Assembly (NCBI GenBank): GCA_937925455.1 | Contig: CALEWF010000056.1 | Span: 1 to 44,065, forward strand | Direction of reading: 5' to 3' | Source: an uncultured Flavobacteriales bacterium | GTDB lineage: Bacteria > Bacteroidota > Bacteroidia > CAIKAF01 | Length of the DNA stretch: 44,065 nt | Shown here: positions 1 to 8,927 of the stretch, one piece after another | How positions within the stretch are numbered: position 1 is the first letter of the stretch | How the letters are laid out: each line of letters begins with the position of its first letter | Position numbers and translations under genes: made by a program | The notes under the pieces: model-generated | Told to the model about the DNA's origin: nothing | Database searches by the model: none | The model's input: only the letters and a program-made list of their open reading frames with translations

Positions 1-30
1 TTACAACTTTAAATCAACTCATCTTCAAAT

Positions 31-176
31 CTGCTGCGGATGGTAGTGGAAAGCCCGGAGGGGCGAAGCCCACAGGGCACGGGGTAGCGGGGCTGAGGGC
101 ACGAAGACACCGCTACCCCGATGCCCTGTGTGGCTGAGCCCCGAGGACTTGTAACGAACAGCCGCATAAAGCAGCC
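31..176 (-). repeat. GC-rich imperfect-palindrome intergenic repeat, copy A (146-nt core only, no 3' module)
   Basis: The reverse complement of 31-176 aligns base-for-base with 7056-7201, 15119-15263, 28517-28662 and rc(38384-38529), with only a few substitutions. It is strongly GC-rich against AT-rich flanks. Positions 1-30 show no similarity to the 3' module of the other copies. Confidence 0.9.
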
Positions 177-202
177 TATTATCTAAATTCTAATGACAAA
201 GG

Positions 203-240
203 GGAATAAGAAAGCCGGAATTTGCTCCGGCTTTTTGTTG
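203..240 (-). terminator. Rho-independent (bidirectional-looking) terminator downstream of the RND permease
   Basis: Stem AAGCCGGA (212-219), loop ATTTGC, stem TCCGGCTT (226-233). It is flanked by T-rich runs on both strands (TTTTTGTTG on +, TTTCTTATT on -). It lies 23 nt past the stop at 256. Confidence 0.7.
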
Positions 241-255
241 CATTTTCGTGATGAA

Positions 256-3200
256 TTATTTTTTCCGCACCAAGAAACGATGCTTGAAATTATAGGCCAT
301 GATGTACATGGAAGGAACCACCAAAAGCGTAAGCATGGTAGCCACGGTAAGCCCAAAAATCATGGTCCAAGCTAATGGTCCCCAAAAAGCTACATTATCT
401 CCGCCAAAGTGAATGTGAGGATTTAAATCGGTAAATAAGGTTACAAAGTTGATATTCATCCCCACTGCCAGGGGAATGAGCCCGGCGATGGTAGAAACTG
501 CTGTAAGCAATACAGGAGTCATACGAATAGAACCTGCTTCGACGGCTGCTTCTATCACATTCAACCCTTGGGTTCGCATTTCGTCAATAAATTCAATCAT
601 CAAAATACCATTGCGTATTACAATTCCTGCCATGGCAAATATTCCAACGCCGGTCATGACGATAGAGAATTTCATGCCGAAAATGGAGATGCCCATAAAT
701 ACACCAATTAAACTGAATATTACAGTAGTAAACATCATCAGGGGTTTAACTACTGAATTAAACTGCAATACCATGATAAAGAACATGAGGGCTAAGGCAC
801 CGAGGAACGCAACACTTAAGAAATCTGATGTTTCTTTTTGATCTTCTTGTTGGCCGGTTTGACGAATTTCATATCCTTCCGGAATATTCATATCAGCAAT
901 AATACTTTTTATCTTTGCATTGATGGCATTGGCATTGCCCCCTTTAGTTAAGTTAGAAGAGAGGGTAACCACGCGTTTTTGGTTTTTACGATTGATGCTG
1001 CTGAATGATTCATTATATTCTAACGATACAAAGGATCCCACCGGTACTTTTTTGAATAAACCAGTACCCATATCCATAAACTGAATTTGTAAGCTCAGTA
1101 ATTTTTCAACCTTGTCTCTATATTCATCTTTTAGGCGTAGCATGATCGGGGCATCATCGTTAGCGTCTTTAAATTTGGAAATTTCTTTACCAAATAGAGC
1201 GGTTCGCATTTCCATACCGATTTGTGCCAACGAAACTCCTTCGCGTTGTGCTTTTTCTGCATCAAATTTTAAAACAATTTCAGGTTTATTCAATCGCAAA
1301 TCTGAAGTAATTTCTTCAATTCCGCTAATATTTGCATCGTCAATGCGAAGTTTGAGTTCTTTTGCCAAGTCTTGTAGCACTGAAAATTCGTCTCCACTAA
1401 TTTCAATGTTAATGGGCTTACCGGTGGGAGGACCGGCTTGTTCTTTATCAACCGTAATGGTAGCGCCCGGAATACCTTCTTTAAATTTGTTTCGAATTTC
1501 TTCCAGGGTTTTTCGGGTGCTAAAACCCGGTGTACGATCAGAGAATCCAACAAAAGCCACTGTAACTTTACTTTTATGCGGTGTTGCAACTCGGTCGGGG
1601 TTTCTAGGGTCTCCGGCATTTAACCCAATATTGGATATTACAGATTTAACATTTGGATTGTTATGACCAATTACTTCATAAACGCGTTGTTCAATAATTT
1701 TTGTTACAGAATCAGTAACATTGGCATCTGTACCCATAGGCATTTCGCAATAGATGTATGCGAAATTGGGTTCGGGGTCTGGGAAAAATTCAACTTGTGG
1801 CTGGCGGATTCCCATTACCACAAAACTAATAATTAACAATGCCACGGTTCCAAGTACCACTAATACGGGTCTGTTTTTGTATGTGATGGTTGAAAGTAGC
1901 TTTCGATATACTTTCACCACTTGGGGCCACACGTTATCCTGAAAACGCTGAATAAATCCATGCAAGAAATAATGATAAATGGCAGTAAGAATCATGAATA
2001 ATACCATCAGGTTGCCGAGGCCTCTTCCCAACGCCAAGTAGGCAGCCAATGCTAATACAGCCAATACAATTTCGGCACGAATCAATGTTTTTACAGAGGG
2101 TTTTTCCAGGTGTTCATTTTTACGCATGAATGAAACAGCAAACACCGGATTGATAACAAAAGCTACGAAAAGCGAGGCTCCCAAGGTGAGAATAAGGGTA
2201 ATGGGAAGGTATTTCATAAAGTTACCTACTATACCCGGCCAAAAAAGCAAAGGGAAAAATGGTCCCAGTGTAGTCAATGTTCCTGCTAACACCGGAACAA
2301 ACACTTCGCCGGCGCCGTATTTGGCCGATTGTTCTACTGAAAAGTTGTATTGATGCAATATTCGATGAGTGTTTTCAATTACCACAATAGCATCGTCTAC
2401 AATAATTCCCAGTGCCAGCAAGAAAGAAAATAATACAATTACGTTTAAGGTAAAATCCAGTCCTGGCATAATTAAAAATGCTACGGCAGAAGATAAGGGG
2501 CCGGCTAATGCTACGAAGAAGGCACTTTTTAATCCCATAAAAAACATAAGTAAAACCAGCACTAGAATAAATCCAATTATAAGCGTATTGAATAACTCAT
2601 TAAGATTTTTTCGTGTATTATCAGATTGGTCGCCTGTAATTGTAACTTTAAGTCCGTCAGGGAATTTGGTGTATTTAAATTCGTTGATAATATCCCTTAT
2701 TTTATCTGATGCATTTAGCAAGTTTTCACCGGAACGTTTAATCACGTTTAATGTAATTACCGGTTTTTCATCTAAGCGGGCAAAGTCTTGTTTTTCTTTA
2801 TATCCGTCTATAATTTCTGCTATGTCTTTTAAATAAACCGTATTACCTCGAAATGAACGAACTACAATGTTTTCAATTTCTTTTGGGTCACGAAATTGAC
2901 CAGTTATACGTACATTCCGTCTAAACTGGTCGATGCGTAATTCGCCACTCGAAATATTTAAATTTTCACGAGCTACAGCACTTTCAATATCGCCAAACGA
3001 CACGGAAGCTTGCTGCATTTTATACATATCAACATTAATCTGTATTTCACGCTCTAATCCTCCAACAATATCTACCCGCGTAATTTCTGGAAGTGTTTCA
3101 ATTTTTTCTTCCAGATCTTCTGCAAATTTTTTGAGTTTATCTAATGGAAGGTCTCCAGCGAGGTTAATGTTCATGATTGGAAATTCAGAGAAGTCGAACT

Positions 3201-3618
3201 CTTTAACCTGCGGATCATTTTTCAAATCGTTTGGTAAATCATTTTTGGCTTTATCAACCGCATCGCTAACTTTTTGTTTTGCAATATCTACTTTTACGTT
3301 GGTATTAAACTCGGCAGTGATAATGGATACATCAGAAATGGAGTTACTCTGAATTTTCTTAATACCGTTTACTGATTTGAGCTGTTTTTCAATGGGCTTG
3401 GTAATCAGGTTTTCTATATCTTCCGGTGTTGAGCCCGGATAGATGGTTATCACCGAAATGGTGGGAACCACAATGTCTGGAAACTGCTCTTTAGGAATTT
3501 TTACGAAAGAATAGTATCCTCCAAGCATTATTAGTATGGTGAATACGTAAATGGCAGTACGATTACGAATACACCAGTTGGTAAATTTTAATTCCTTAAA
3601 TTTTTCAATTTCCATCAT
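256..3618 (-). CDS. RND efflux transporter permease subunit (AcrB/HAE1-like)
   Basis: 1120-aa ORF with the two-fold arrangement of TM bundles plus large periplasmic loops. Contains AcrB-family strings (PKEQFPDIVVPTISV, DDAIVVIENTHR). It is the last gene of a tetR-tolC-MFP-RND cluster. Confidence 0.95.
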   Translation of the reverse strand: MMEIEKFKELKFTNWCIRNRTAIYVFTILIMLGGYYSFVKIPKEQFPDIVVPTISVITIYPGSTPEDIENLITKPIEKQLKSVNGIKKIQSNSISDVSIITAEFNTNVKVDIAKQKVSDAVDKAKNDLPNDLKNDPQVKEFDFSEFPIMNINLAGDLPLDKLKKFAEDLEEKIETLPEITRVDIVGGLEREIQINVDMYKMQQASVSFGDIESAVARENLNISSGELRIDQFRRNVRITGQFRDPKEIENIVVRSFRGNTVYLKDIAEIIDGYKEKQDFARLDEKPVITLNVIKRSGENLLNASDKIRDIINEFKYTKFPDGLKVTITGDQSDNTRKNLNELFNTLIIGFILVLVLLMFFMGLKSAFFVALAGPLSSAVAFLIMPGLDFTLNVIVLFSFLLALGIIVDDAIVVIENTHRILHQYNFSVEQSAKYGAGEVFVPVLAGTLTTLGPFFPLLFWPGIVGNFMKYLPITLILTLGASLFVAFVINPVFAVSFMRKNEHLEKPSVKTLIRAEIVLAVLALAAYLALGRGLGNLMVLFMILTAIYHYFLHGFIQRFQDNVWPQVVKVYRKLLSTITYKNRPVLVVLGTVALLIISFVVMGIRQPQVEFFPDPEPNFAYIYCEMPMGTDANVTDSVTKIIEQRVYEVIGHNNPNVKSVISNIGLNAGDPRNPDRVATPHKSKVTVAFVGFSDRTPGFSTRKTLEEIRNKFKEGIPGATITVDKEQAGPPTGKPINIEISGDEFSVLQDLAKELKLRIDDANISGIEEITSDLRLNKPEIVLKFDAEKAQREGVSLAQIGMEMRTALFGKEISKFKDANDDAPIMLRLKDEYRDKVEKLLSLQIQFMDMGTGLFKKVPVGSFVSLEYNESFSSINRKNQKRVVTLSSNLTKGGNANAINAKIKSIIADMNIPEGYEIRQTGQQEDQKETSDFLSVAFLGALALMFFIMVLQFNSVVKPLMMFTTVIFSLIGVFMGISIFGMKFSIVMTGVGIFAMAGIVIRNGILMIEFIDEMRTQGLNVIEAAVEAGSIRMTPVLLTAVSTIAGLIPLAVGMNINFVTLFTDLNPHIHFGGDNVAFWGPLAWTMIFGLTVATMLTLLVVPSMYIMAYNFKHRFLVRKK

Positions 3619-3651
3619 TTTAGATTTTCGCTAGTTGTACTTTTGTATATC

Positions 3652-4785
3652 TTAAAAAATAAGAGGTTGGCCATCTACTACTTCATTTTGTCCGGAAACT
3701 ATAATTAAATCACCCTTGCTAAGTCCCGAGGTAATTACCGTTTTGCCATCGTATTCACTGCCGGTATCAATTTCGCGTTTGCGTGCATAATATTTACCAT
3801 TTTCATTTACGGCTACCATAATGAAACGCTGCTTGCCGGCACGTTGAATCAGATTGGAAGAGACTACCAATACATCCTCCAATTTCTGATCATTGATTTT
3901 TAATTTGGCAATCATGTTGGGGCGTAGCATTTTTTCTTTGTTGTCTAATTTTACTTCAATGGCAAATGAGCGGTTTTGCTGGTTGATGACTTGACCCACA
4001 AAACTGATTTTTGAAGTAATTACTTTTCCAATATCGGGAAGTTCAATAATTACATCATCTCCTTTTCGAATGTTGGCAATGTAGTTATCGCTTACCATGG
4101 CTTTTACTTTTACTTTATCAAGATTTACCACTCGAATGCCTGACATCCCCGGGTTAGCCATTTCACCAATTTTTACATTTACTGCATCAACCGTTCCTGC
4201 AATGGGTGATTTTATCCGCGTCATAGCAATTTGAGCTTCGATGGTTTTTACGCGGTTTTCTAAACTTTCTTTTTGTGTTTTTGCCTGCAGGTATTGAATT
4301 TCACTACCAATGTTTTGATCCCAAAGCCTTTTTTGTTTTTCATAAGCTGTAGTGGCTAATGCTAGGGATGTTTTTACTTCTTCCAACGTGTTGCTAAGTG
4401 CTGATGCATCCATGTTGGCAAGCAGGGTTCCACGGCTTACGCGGTCGCCTTCTTTTACATGTATGGCAGTGATAATTCCCGGCATTTCCGGGCTTACCAT
4501 GATGTTTTCATCCGAATCTATGGTTCCTTGGATATCGATATAATGAACAAACTGAGTCCCTTTTAGCGTATCTACTTTTACTAATCGAGCCTTAAGGCCT
4601 ATACTACCTGTAGTATCAATCAATGCAATTTCTTTTTCCAGTTCAGCTATTTTTAATTCCAACTCCTGTAGCTGAATTTTGTATTTATCTAGTTTCTTTT
4701 TACGTGCTTCCAAATCACCGGATGCTGCACCTCCGCAAGCCCAAAGCAAGGATGCCACTACGCTGATTACAATGATGTTTTTCAT
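3652..4785 (-). CDS. Efflux RND periplasmic adaptor (membrane fusion protein, HlyD/AcrA family)
   Basis: 377 aa. Lipoprotein-type signal (SLLWACGG), a coiled-coil segment (LQELELKIAELEKE), then barrel-sandwich/beta-barrel regions. Located immediately upstream of the RND permease. Confidence 0.9.
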   Translation of the reverse strand: MKNIIVISVVASLLWACGGAASGDLEARKKKLDKYKIQLQELELKIAELEKEIALIDTTGSIGLKARLVKVDTLKGTQFVHYIDIQGTIDSDENIMVSPEMPGIITAIHVKEGDRVSRGTLLANMDASALSNTLEEVKTSLALATTAYEKQKRLWDQNIGSEIQYLQAKTQKESLENRVKTIEAQIAMTRIKSPIAGTVDAVNVKIGEMANPGMSGIRVVNLDKVKVKAMVSDNYIANIRKGDDVIIELPDIGKVITSKISFVGQVINQQNRSFAIEVKLDNKEKMLRPNMIAKLKINDQKLEDVLVVSSNLIQRAGKQRFIMVAVNENGKYYARKREIDTGSEYDGKTVITSGLSKGDLIIVSGQNEVVDGQPLIF

Positions 4786-4816
4786 ACGTCTTGATTATTC
4801 GTGGTTATTCTGTTTT

Positions 4817-6181
4817 TTAAAATTTATTCATGGTTTTATCCAGTTCGATTTTTGCATTTAGTAGCTCAAATACGGCCTGGAAATATTTTTGTTGACTTTC
4901 GAAGTATTGTTGTTCGCTTTGACTTAAGTTAAGCGAAGAAATTAGTCCTTCGCGGTATTTAATGTTATTTACCCGGCGTATTTTTTCAGCTAGTTCAAAT
5001 CCTTTTTTAGCCGTTAGGTATCGTTTATAATTATTTGTTACCTGGTTCTTGGCGTTGCTGTATCCTAACAAAAGTCCACGCTCTACATTGCGTTGCAAAT
5101 TTTGAGTTTTTTGCATTTCAATTTTTAGCTGCTGAAGTTTTGAAACCCGGCTCCAACTTGAAAAAATCGGAACGTTTAGTTGAAAACCCCAAATCACACC
5201 ATTAAGATTTGATGAAGTTCCATTTCCTAAGAACAGCCAACGTTCGTTATTAAAGAAGTTTCCACCTACCGTGAAGAATGTTGAAAGGCTTGGGAATGCC
5301 GCCGCCCGTTGCAGTTGAATTTGTTTTTTATCAATCAAGAGTTTTTGTGAAATTAATTTGTAATCAATGTTTGAACGTACATCAATAGAATCCGTCAGGG
5401 TTGAAATCAAACCTTCGAACTGCGCCGTTTGGATAAGATTTTCAAGGTTGTCTGTTAACAAAATTTCTTTTTCTAAGGGATAGCCCATTTGAAATTTTAG
5501 CGACATTAAGGCCAATTCTTTAGATTGTTTAATTTGGTTGTAGGCATCTTGTGTGTTGTATTGTATAAGTTTTAATTGCTCTACATCCAATTCTTCAATC
5601 AACCCTTCTTTGTGTAATTGTTCGGTTTCAAATACACTGCGGTTTACAATCTTCAGCGATGAATCTAAGATACGTTCAGATTCTGCGGCAATCAAAGCCA
5701 GGTAATAGGATTTATACACCTGTTCTTTTACATCACGATCTGTTTTTATTTTTTGTTGTTTTGTTAGTTCCAAAAATGTTTTAGCCGTTTGAATGCCGAT
5801 AAAGTATTGCCCGTTTACAACCAACATGGATGCTGTTGCTGATGCATTCATGCTGTTTAATGGTGCGGCATTTATAGCTACAAATTCGTTTGGATTTGGA
5901 TTAGGTCCTAATACGTTGGGAAAAATAAACACAGGTGGTTTGATGTTGTAATTGTATTGTGCATTTCCATTGATTTGCACCAAGCCCGAACCAATATTTT
6001 CATTGATAAGATGGCGCCCCTTTTCAATATCTTTTGATGCATTGATGGAATTTACATTGTTTTGCAACGCGTATTCAATGGCTTCTTGCAGGCTGAATGT
6101 AGTTTTGTTATTTTGTGAATGTGTCTCTAAGAATACCAAACTTAACGAGAGCACGCATAAAATTTTTTTAGAGGTACGCAT
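4817..6181 (-). CDS. TolC-family outer membrane efflux protein
   Basis: 454 aa with a signal peptide and the internally duplicated helical/beta pattern typical of TolC/OprM. Position in the efflux operon supports the call. Confidence 0.85.
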   Translation of the reverse strand: MRTSKKILCVLSLSLVFLETHSQNNKTTFSLQEAIEYALQNNVNSINASKDIEKGRHLINENIGSGLVQINGNAQYNYNIKPPVFIFPNVLGPNPNPNEFVAINAAPLNSMNASATASMLVVNGQYFIGIQTAKTFLELTKQQKIKTDRDVKEQVYKSYYLALIAAESERILDSSLKIVNRSVFETEQLHKEGLIEELDVEQLKLIQYNTQDAYNQIKQSKELALMSLKFQMGYPLEKEILLTDNLENLIQTAQFEGLISTLTDSIDVRSNIDYKLISQKLLIDKKQIQLQRAAAFPSLSTFFTVGGNFFNNERWLFLGNGTSSNLNGVIWGFQLNVPIFSSWSRVSKLQQLKIEMQKTQNLQRNVERGLLLGYSNAKNQVTNNYKRYLTAKKGFELAEKIRRVNNIKYREGLISSLNLSQSEQQYFESQQKYFQAVFELLNAKIELDKTMNKF

Positions 6182-6186
6182 AGCAG

Positions 6187-6810
6187 TTATTTACTTAATC
6201 CCATTTTTTTTATTTGCACATCAATGTATTCGTTGCCTTTCTCGCTGGCAATGCCCCGTATGTGGTAATAAAAAAGTTCCAGATACAAGGTTTTAAAGTC
6301 AAATTCTTTTTCACCAAATTGGTCTGTCTCAAAGATTAGGTTCACCAGATTGGTGTACGCTATGGCAATGATTCGGCTGTTTAAATTGTTTCGGTATAAG
6401 CCTTCTCTTTTACCACGATTCAAATTTTCTTCAACACACGAAGGAATGTATGAGCGTTTAAAATCTTCATATTTCTTCCAGGCCTCTGGATAATATTTGC
6501 GAAGTTCAAAAAGTACCATAGTTTTCATTTCGCCTAATTCTTTCGTGTTTTTGGCGTATATCTCAAATATTTCATCTATGGCATTGAGTTTTTTTGCAAA
6601 AATTGCATCCATCTGTTCTTTGTGGTAATCCAAATATCCGGATACCACTTTCATAATTAAATCTTTCTTGTCTTTGAAGTACACATAGAGTGTTTTTTTC
6701 GACATACCCAGCTCCCGGGCTATATCTTCCATGGTTACACTTTTTACGCCATAGCGTAAAAATAACTGATGACAAGCGGAAATTATTTGTATATGTTTTT
6801 CTTCCGACAT
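6187..6810 (-). CDS. TetR/AcrR family transcriptional regulator
   Basis: 207 aa with an N-terminal HTH (FLRYGVKSVTMEDIARELGMSKKTLYVYFKDK). It is the first gene of the efflux operon, 5 nt upstream of tolC. Confidence 0.9.
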   Translation of the reverse strand: MSEEKHIQIISACHQLFLRYGVKSVTMEDIARELGMSKKTLYVYFKDKKDLIMKVVSGYLDYHKEQMDAIFAKKLNAIDEIFEIYAKNTKELGEMKTMVLFELRKYYPEAWKKYEDFKRSYIPSCVEENLNRGKREGLYRNNLNSRIIAIAYTNLVNLIFETDQFGEKEFDFKTLYLELFYYHIRGIASEKGNEYIDVQIKKMGLSK

Positions 6811-6818
6811 AGTGGGTG

Positions 6819-6826
6819 CAAAGGTA
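6819..6826 (-). promoter_or_regulatory. Candidate Bacteroidota -7 promoter box (TACCTTTG on - strand) for the tetR-efflux operon
   Basis: The + strand reads CAAAGGTA, which is TAnnTTTG on the minus strand, 8 nt upstream of the tetR ATG. This would imply a very short leader. Confidence 0.3.
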
Positions 6827-7055
6827 AATAGGTAACCACGGAAACCAAAAAATGTTTTAAAGTTTCCAAAGTTTTTAAAAGAATTTAAGAATTTAGAAAT
6901 ATTTCACCCTACTTTTTAGCTGGCAAGCAACAATGATTTAATAAATCTGAGGGAATTATTGAAAATAATTATCATGCGGATTTTTGAATGCATTAGATTT
7001 AAAAGAGCGTGATGAATTCAACTTACCCCATATTATGATTAAAAAATTTATATCA

Positions 7056-7240
7056 GGCTGCTTGGTGCGGCTGTCCGTTACAAGTCCTCGGGGCTCAGCC
7101 ACACATGGCATCGGGGTAGCGGTGTCTTCGTGCCCTCAGCCCCGCTACCCCGTGCCCTGTGGGCTTCGCCCCTGCGGGCTTTTCACTGCCATCCGCAGCA
7201 GTCTGCCTCTACGAGGCGGAGCAACACGTGTTAGCCCCTC
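7056..7240 (+). repeat. GC-rich imperfect-palindrome intergenic repeat, copy B (core 7056-7201 plus a shortened 39-nt 3' module)
   Basis: About 97% identical by eye to the copy D core. The 3' tail TCTGCCTCTACGAGGCGGAGCAACACGTGTTAGCCCCTC shares the CTACGAGGCG(G/A)AG..AACA..CCCCTC part of the module seen in copies C, D and E. Confidence 0.9.
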
Positions 7241-7328
7241 TATTTCTGTATTTTAAAATATTCTAAATGACAATTTGGGTATAAAATAAAAAAGGCGTTC
7301 AGCATATTAAAAAAAATGCATGCCAAAA

Positions 7329-8927
7329 TTAAACTATCGAAATCAGGGTTTTTAAATCTGCCAAGGTATTGGCTTCCTCTGCTTTTTTATCGGTACGCCA
7401 ACGAGCAATTCTTGGAAAGCGTAGTGCCACCCCGGATTTATGTCGGGTACTTGGTTGTATGCCTTCAAAGGCCAATTCAAATACCTGCACCGCTTCTACA
7501 CTGCGTACCGGTCCAAATTTTTCAATTGTATGTTGTTTTATCCATCGGTCTAATTGCAAAATTTCTTCATCTTTCAACCCGGAATATGCTTTGGCTATGG
7601 GAACCAATTTTCGTTGTTCGTCCCATACAGCAAATGTGTAATCAGTGTATAAACCAGCTCTTCTTCCATGCCCGGATTGCGCATAAATCATCACAGCATC
7701 AATGGTAAACGGATCTACTTTCCACTTCCACCAGCCTCCTTTTCTTCTTCCAGTACCATATACCGAATCGCGATGCTTTAGCATCAAACCTTCGCTCCCT
7801 TTTTCTGCTGATCGTTGTCTTTCTTGCAACAGAGATTCCCAAGAATCAGCAAAATATAATTCAGAGAGTTTTAATGTATTGGCATTGCATTGATGAACTA
7901 ATTCTTCTAATAATTTTTTTCTTTTCACCAAAGGTTCATTTCGAATATCCATACCCTGATGTTCCAATAAATCATAGGCCATCAGTATCACTGGTATTTC
8001 TTGCAACAGTTTTTTGCTGAGGGTTTTTCTGCCCATCCGCTTTTGTAAAAATTGAAAAGACAGGGGTTTATTATTTTGCCAAGCTAAGATCTCTCCATCA
8101 ATCACGGTGCCTGATGGAAGTTGAGATACCAGCGAATGAAATTCCGGATAGCGATCGGTAACCAACTCTTCGCCTCGTGTCCAAACATAAAGTTGGCCAT
8201 TTCGCACAATCAATTGTGCCCGAATGCCATCCCATTTGTGTTCTGCCAGCCAAGCAGAAGGGTTTTGCTGGATTTGTGAACTATCTTCCAGTGCATACGC
8301 CAAAAAAAACGGATAGGGTTTAGAAAGATGATCAGTGGCTTGAGGCTGCAGAATTAGTTGCTGAAATGTGGTGGTTCTAGGGTCCCAATTTCCCATCAAG
8401 CGGTGGGCGATGATATTTTCTTCCAGTTGAAATGCTTTTGAAATTGCTTTTATAAGCAACCCTTGTGAAACCCCAATACGCAGGCTTCCGGCACTAAGCT
8501 TGTTAAACAAGAATCGTTCGGTTTTGCTTAGTTGCTTCCACAAGGTAATGACTGCTGCTTCTTTGGCTTCTTCTGAATCAAGAGACTGGATATGAAACAC
8601 CTGTTGAATGGTGGTGGCCAATGAATTGGGTTGATGTGTTGGAACTTCCGGTTCGGGGATGATGCCAGCTAAGGTTTCGCCTAAATCGCCTACTGTATGC
8701 CAGGTAGCTTCCACCAACCATTGAGGCAAGCCGGCTGCACGAGCTGCCCAGTTTCTAAGTTGCGTGGTGTTGGCAATACGAGATGGTTTTCGTCCGGTAA
8801 ATAACGCGATGATCCAAAGCCGGTCTTCATCAGAAGCATGAGAGAGGTATTCAGCCAAGAGATTGATTTTTTCCTGGGTTTTGTTGGTTTGATCCAAGGC
8901 TTCAAACAAATCGGCAAAGGCTTTCAT
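7329..8927 (-). CDS. ATP-dependent DNA ligase (ligase-associated DNA damage response type)
   Basis: 532 aa. Adenylation motif I KxDG (AEHKWDGIRAQ) and an OB-fold C-terminus. Overlaps by 4 nt with the upstream MBL-fold exonuclease gene. Confidence 0.9.
   Translation of the reverse strand: MKAFADLFEALDQTNKTQEKINLLAEYLSHASDEDRLWIIALFTGRKPSRIANTTQLRNWAARAAGLPQWLVEATWHTVGDLGETLAGIIPEPEVPTHQPNSLATTIQQVFHIQSLDSEEAKEAAVITLWKQLSKTERFLFNKLSAGSLRIGVSQGLLIKAISKAFQLEENIIAHRLMGNWDPRTTTFQQLILQPQATDHLSKPYPFFLAYALEDSSQIQQNPSAWLAEHKWDGIRAQLIVRNGQLYVWTRGEELVTDRYPEFHSLVSQLPSGTVIDGEILAWQNNKPLSFQFLQKRMGRKTLSKKLLQEIPVILMAYDLLEHQGMDIRNEPLVKRKKLLEELVHQCNANTLKLSELYFADSWESLLQERQRSAEKGSEGLMLKHRDSVYGTGRRKGGWWKWKVDPFTIDAVMIYAQSGHGRRAGLYTDYTFAVWDEQRKLVPIAKAYSGLKDEEILQLDRWIKQHTIEKFGPVRSVEAVQVFELAFEGIQPSTRHKSGVALRFPRIARWRTDKKAEEANTLADLKTLISIV

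Noticed and set aside
193-375. A 60-aa + strand ORF spanning the terminator and the 3' end of the RND gene.
   Set aside because: It overlaps the terminator hairpin and the antisense strand of a confident CDS. It has no supporting features.
449-3352. Multiple + strand ORFs of 60-184 aa inside the RND permease gene, and similar antisense ORFs inside other long genes (for example 7316-7708, 10070-10369, 18433-18774, 29451-29741, 34957-35304).
   Set aside because: These are shadow ORFs opposite well-supported long coding regions. They have low-complexity or odd composition and no recognisable motifs.
6984-7256. ORFs of 62-106 aa in the six-frame track that run through the GC-rich repeats and give similar peptides (SPRGSAT(H/Q)GIGVAVSSCPQPRYPVPCGLRPCGL...). 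Their coordinates are 6984-7256, 15012-15332, 15091-15279, 28477-28722, 38261-38455 and 38308-38538.
   Set aside because: Open frames occur on both strands of the same element, as expected for GC-rich DNA that lacks AT-rich stop codons. Their start codons and N-termini lie in non-homologous flanking DNA. Indels between copies shift the frame, and one copy (A) has no such ORF. The paired substitutions fit a nucleic-acid hairpin, not a protein.
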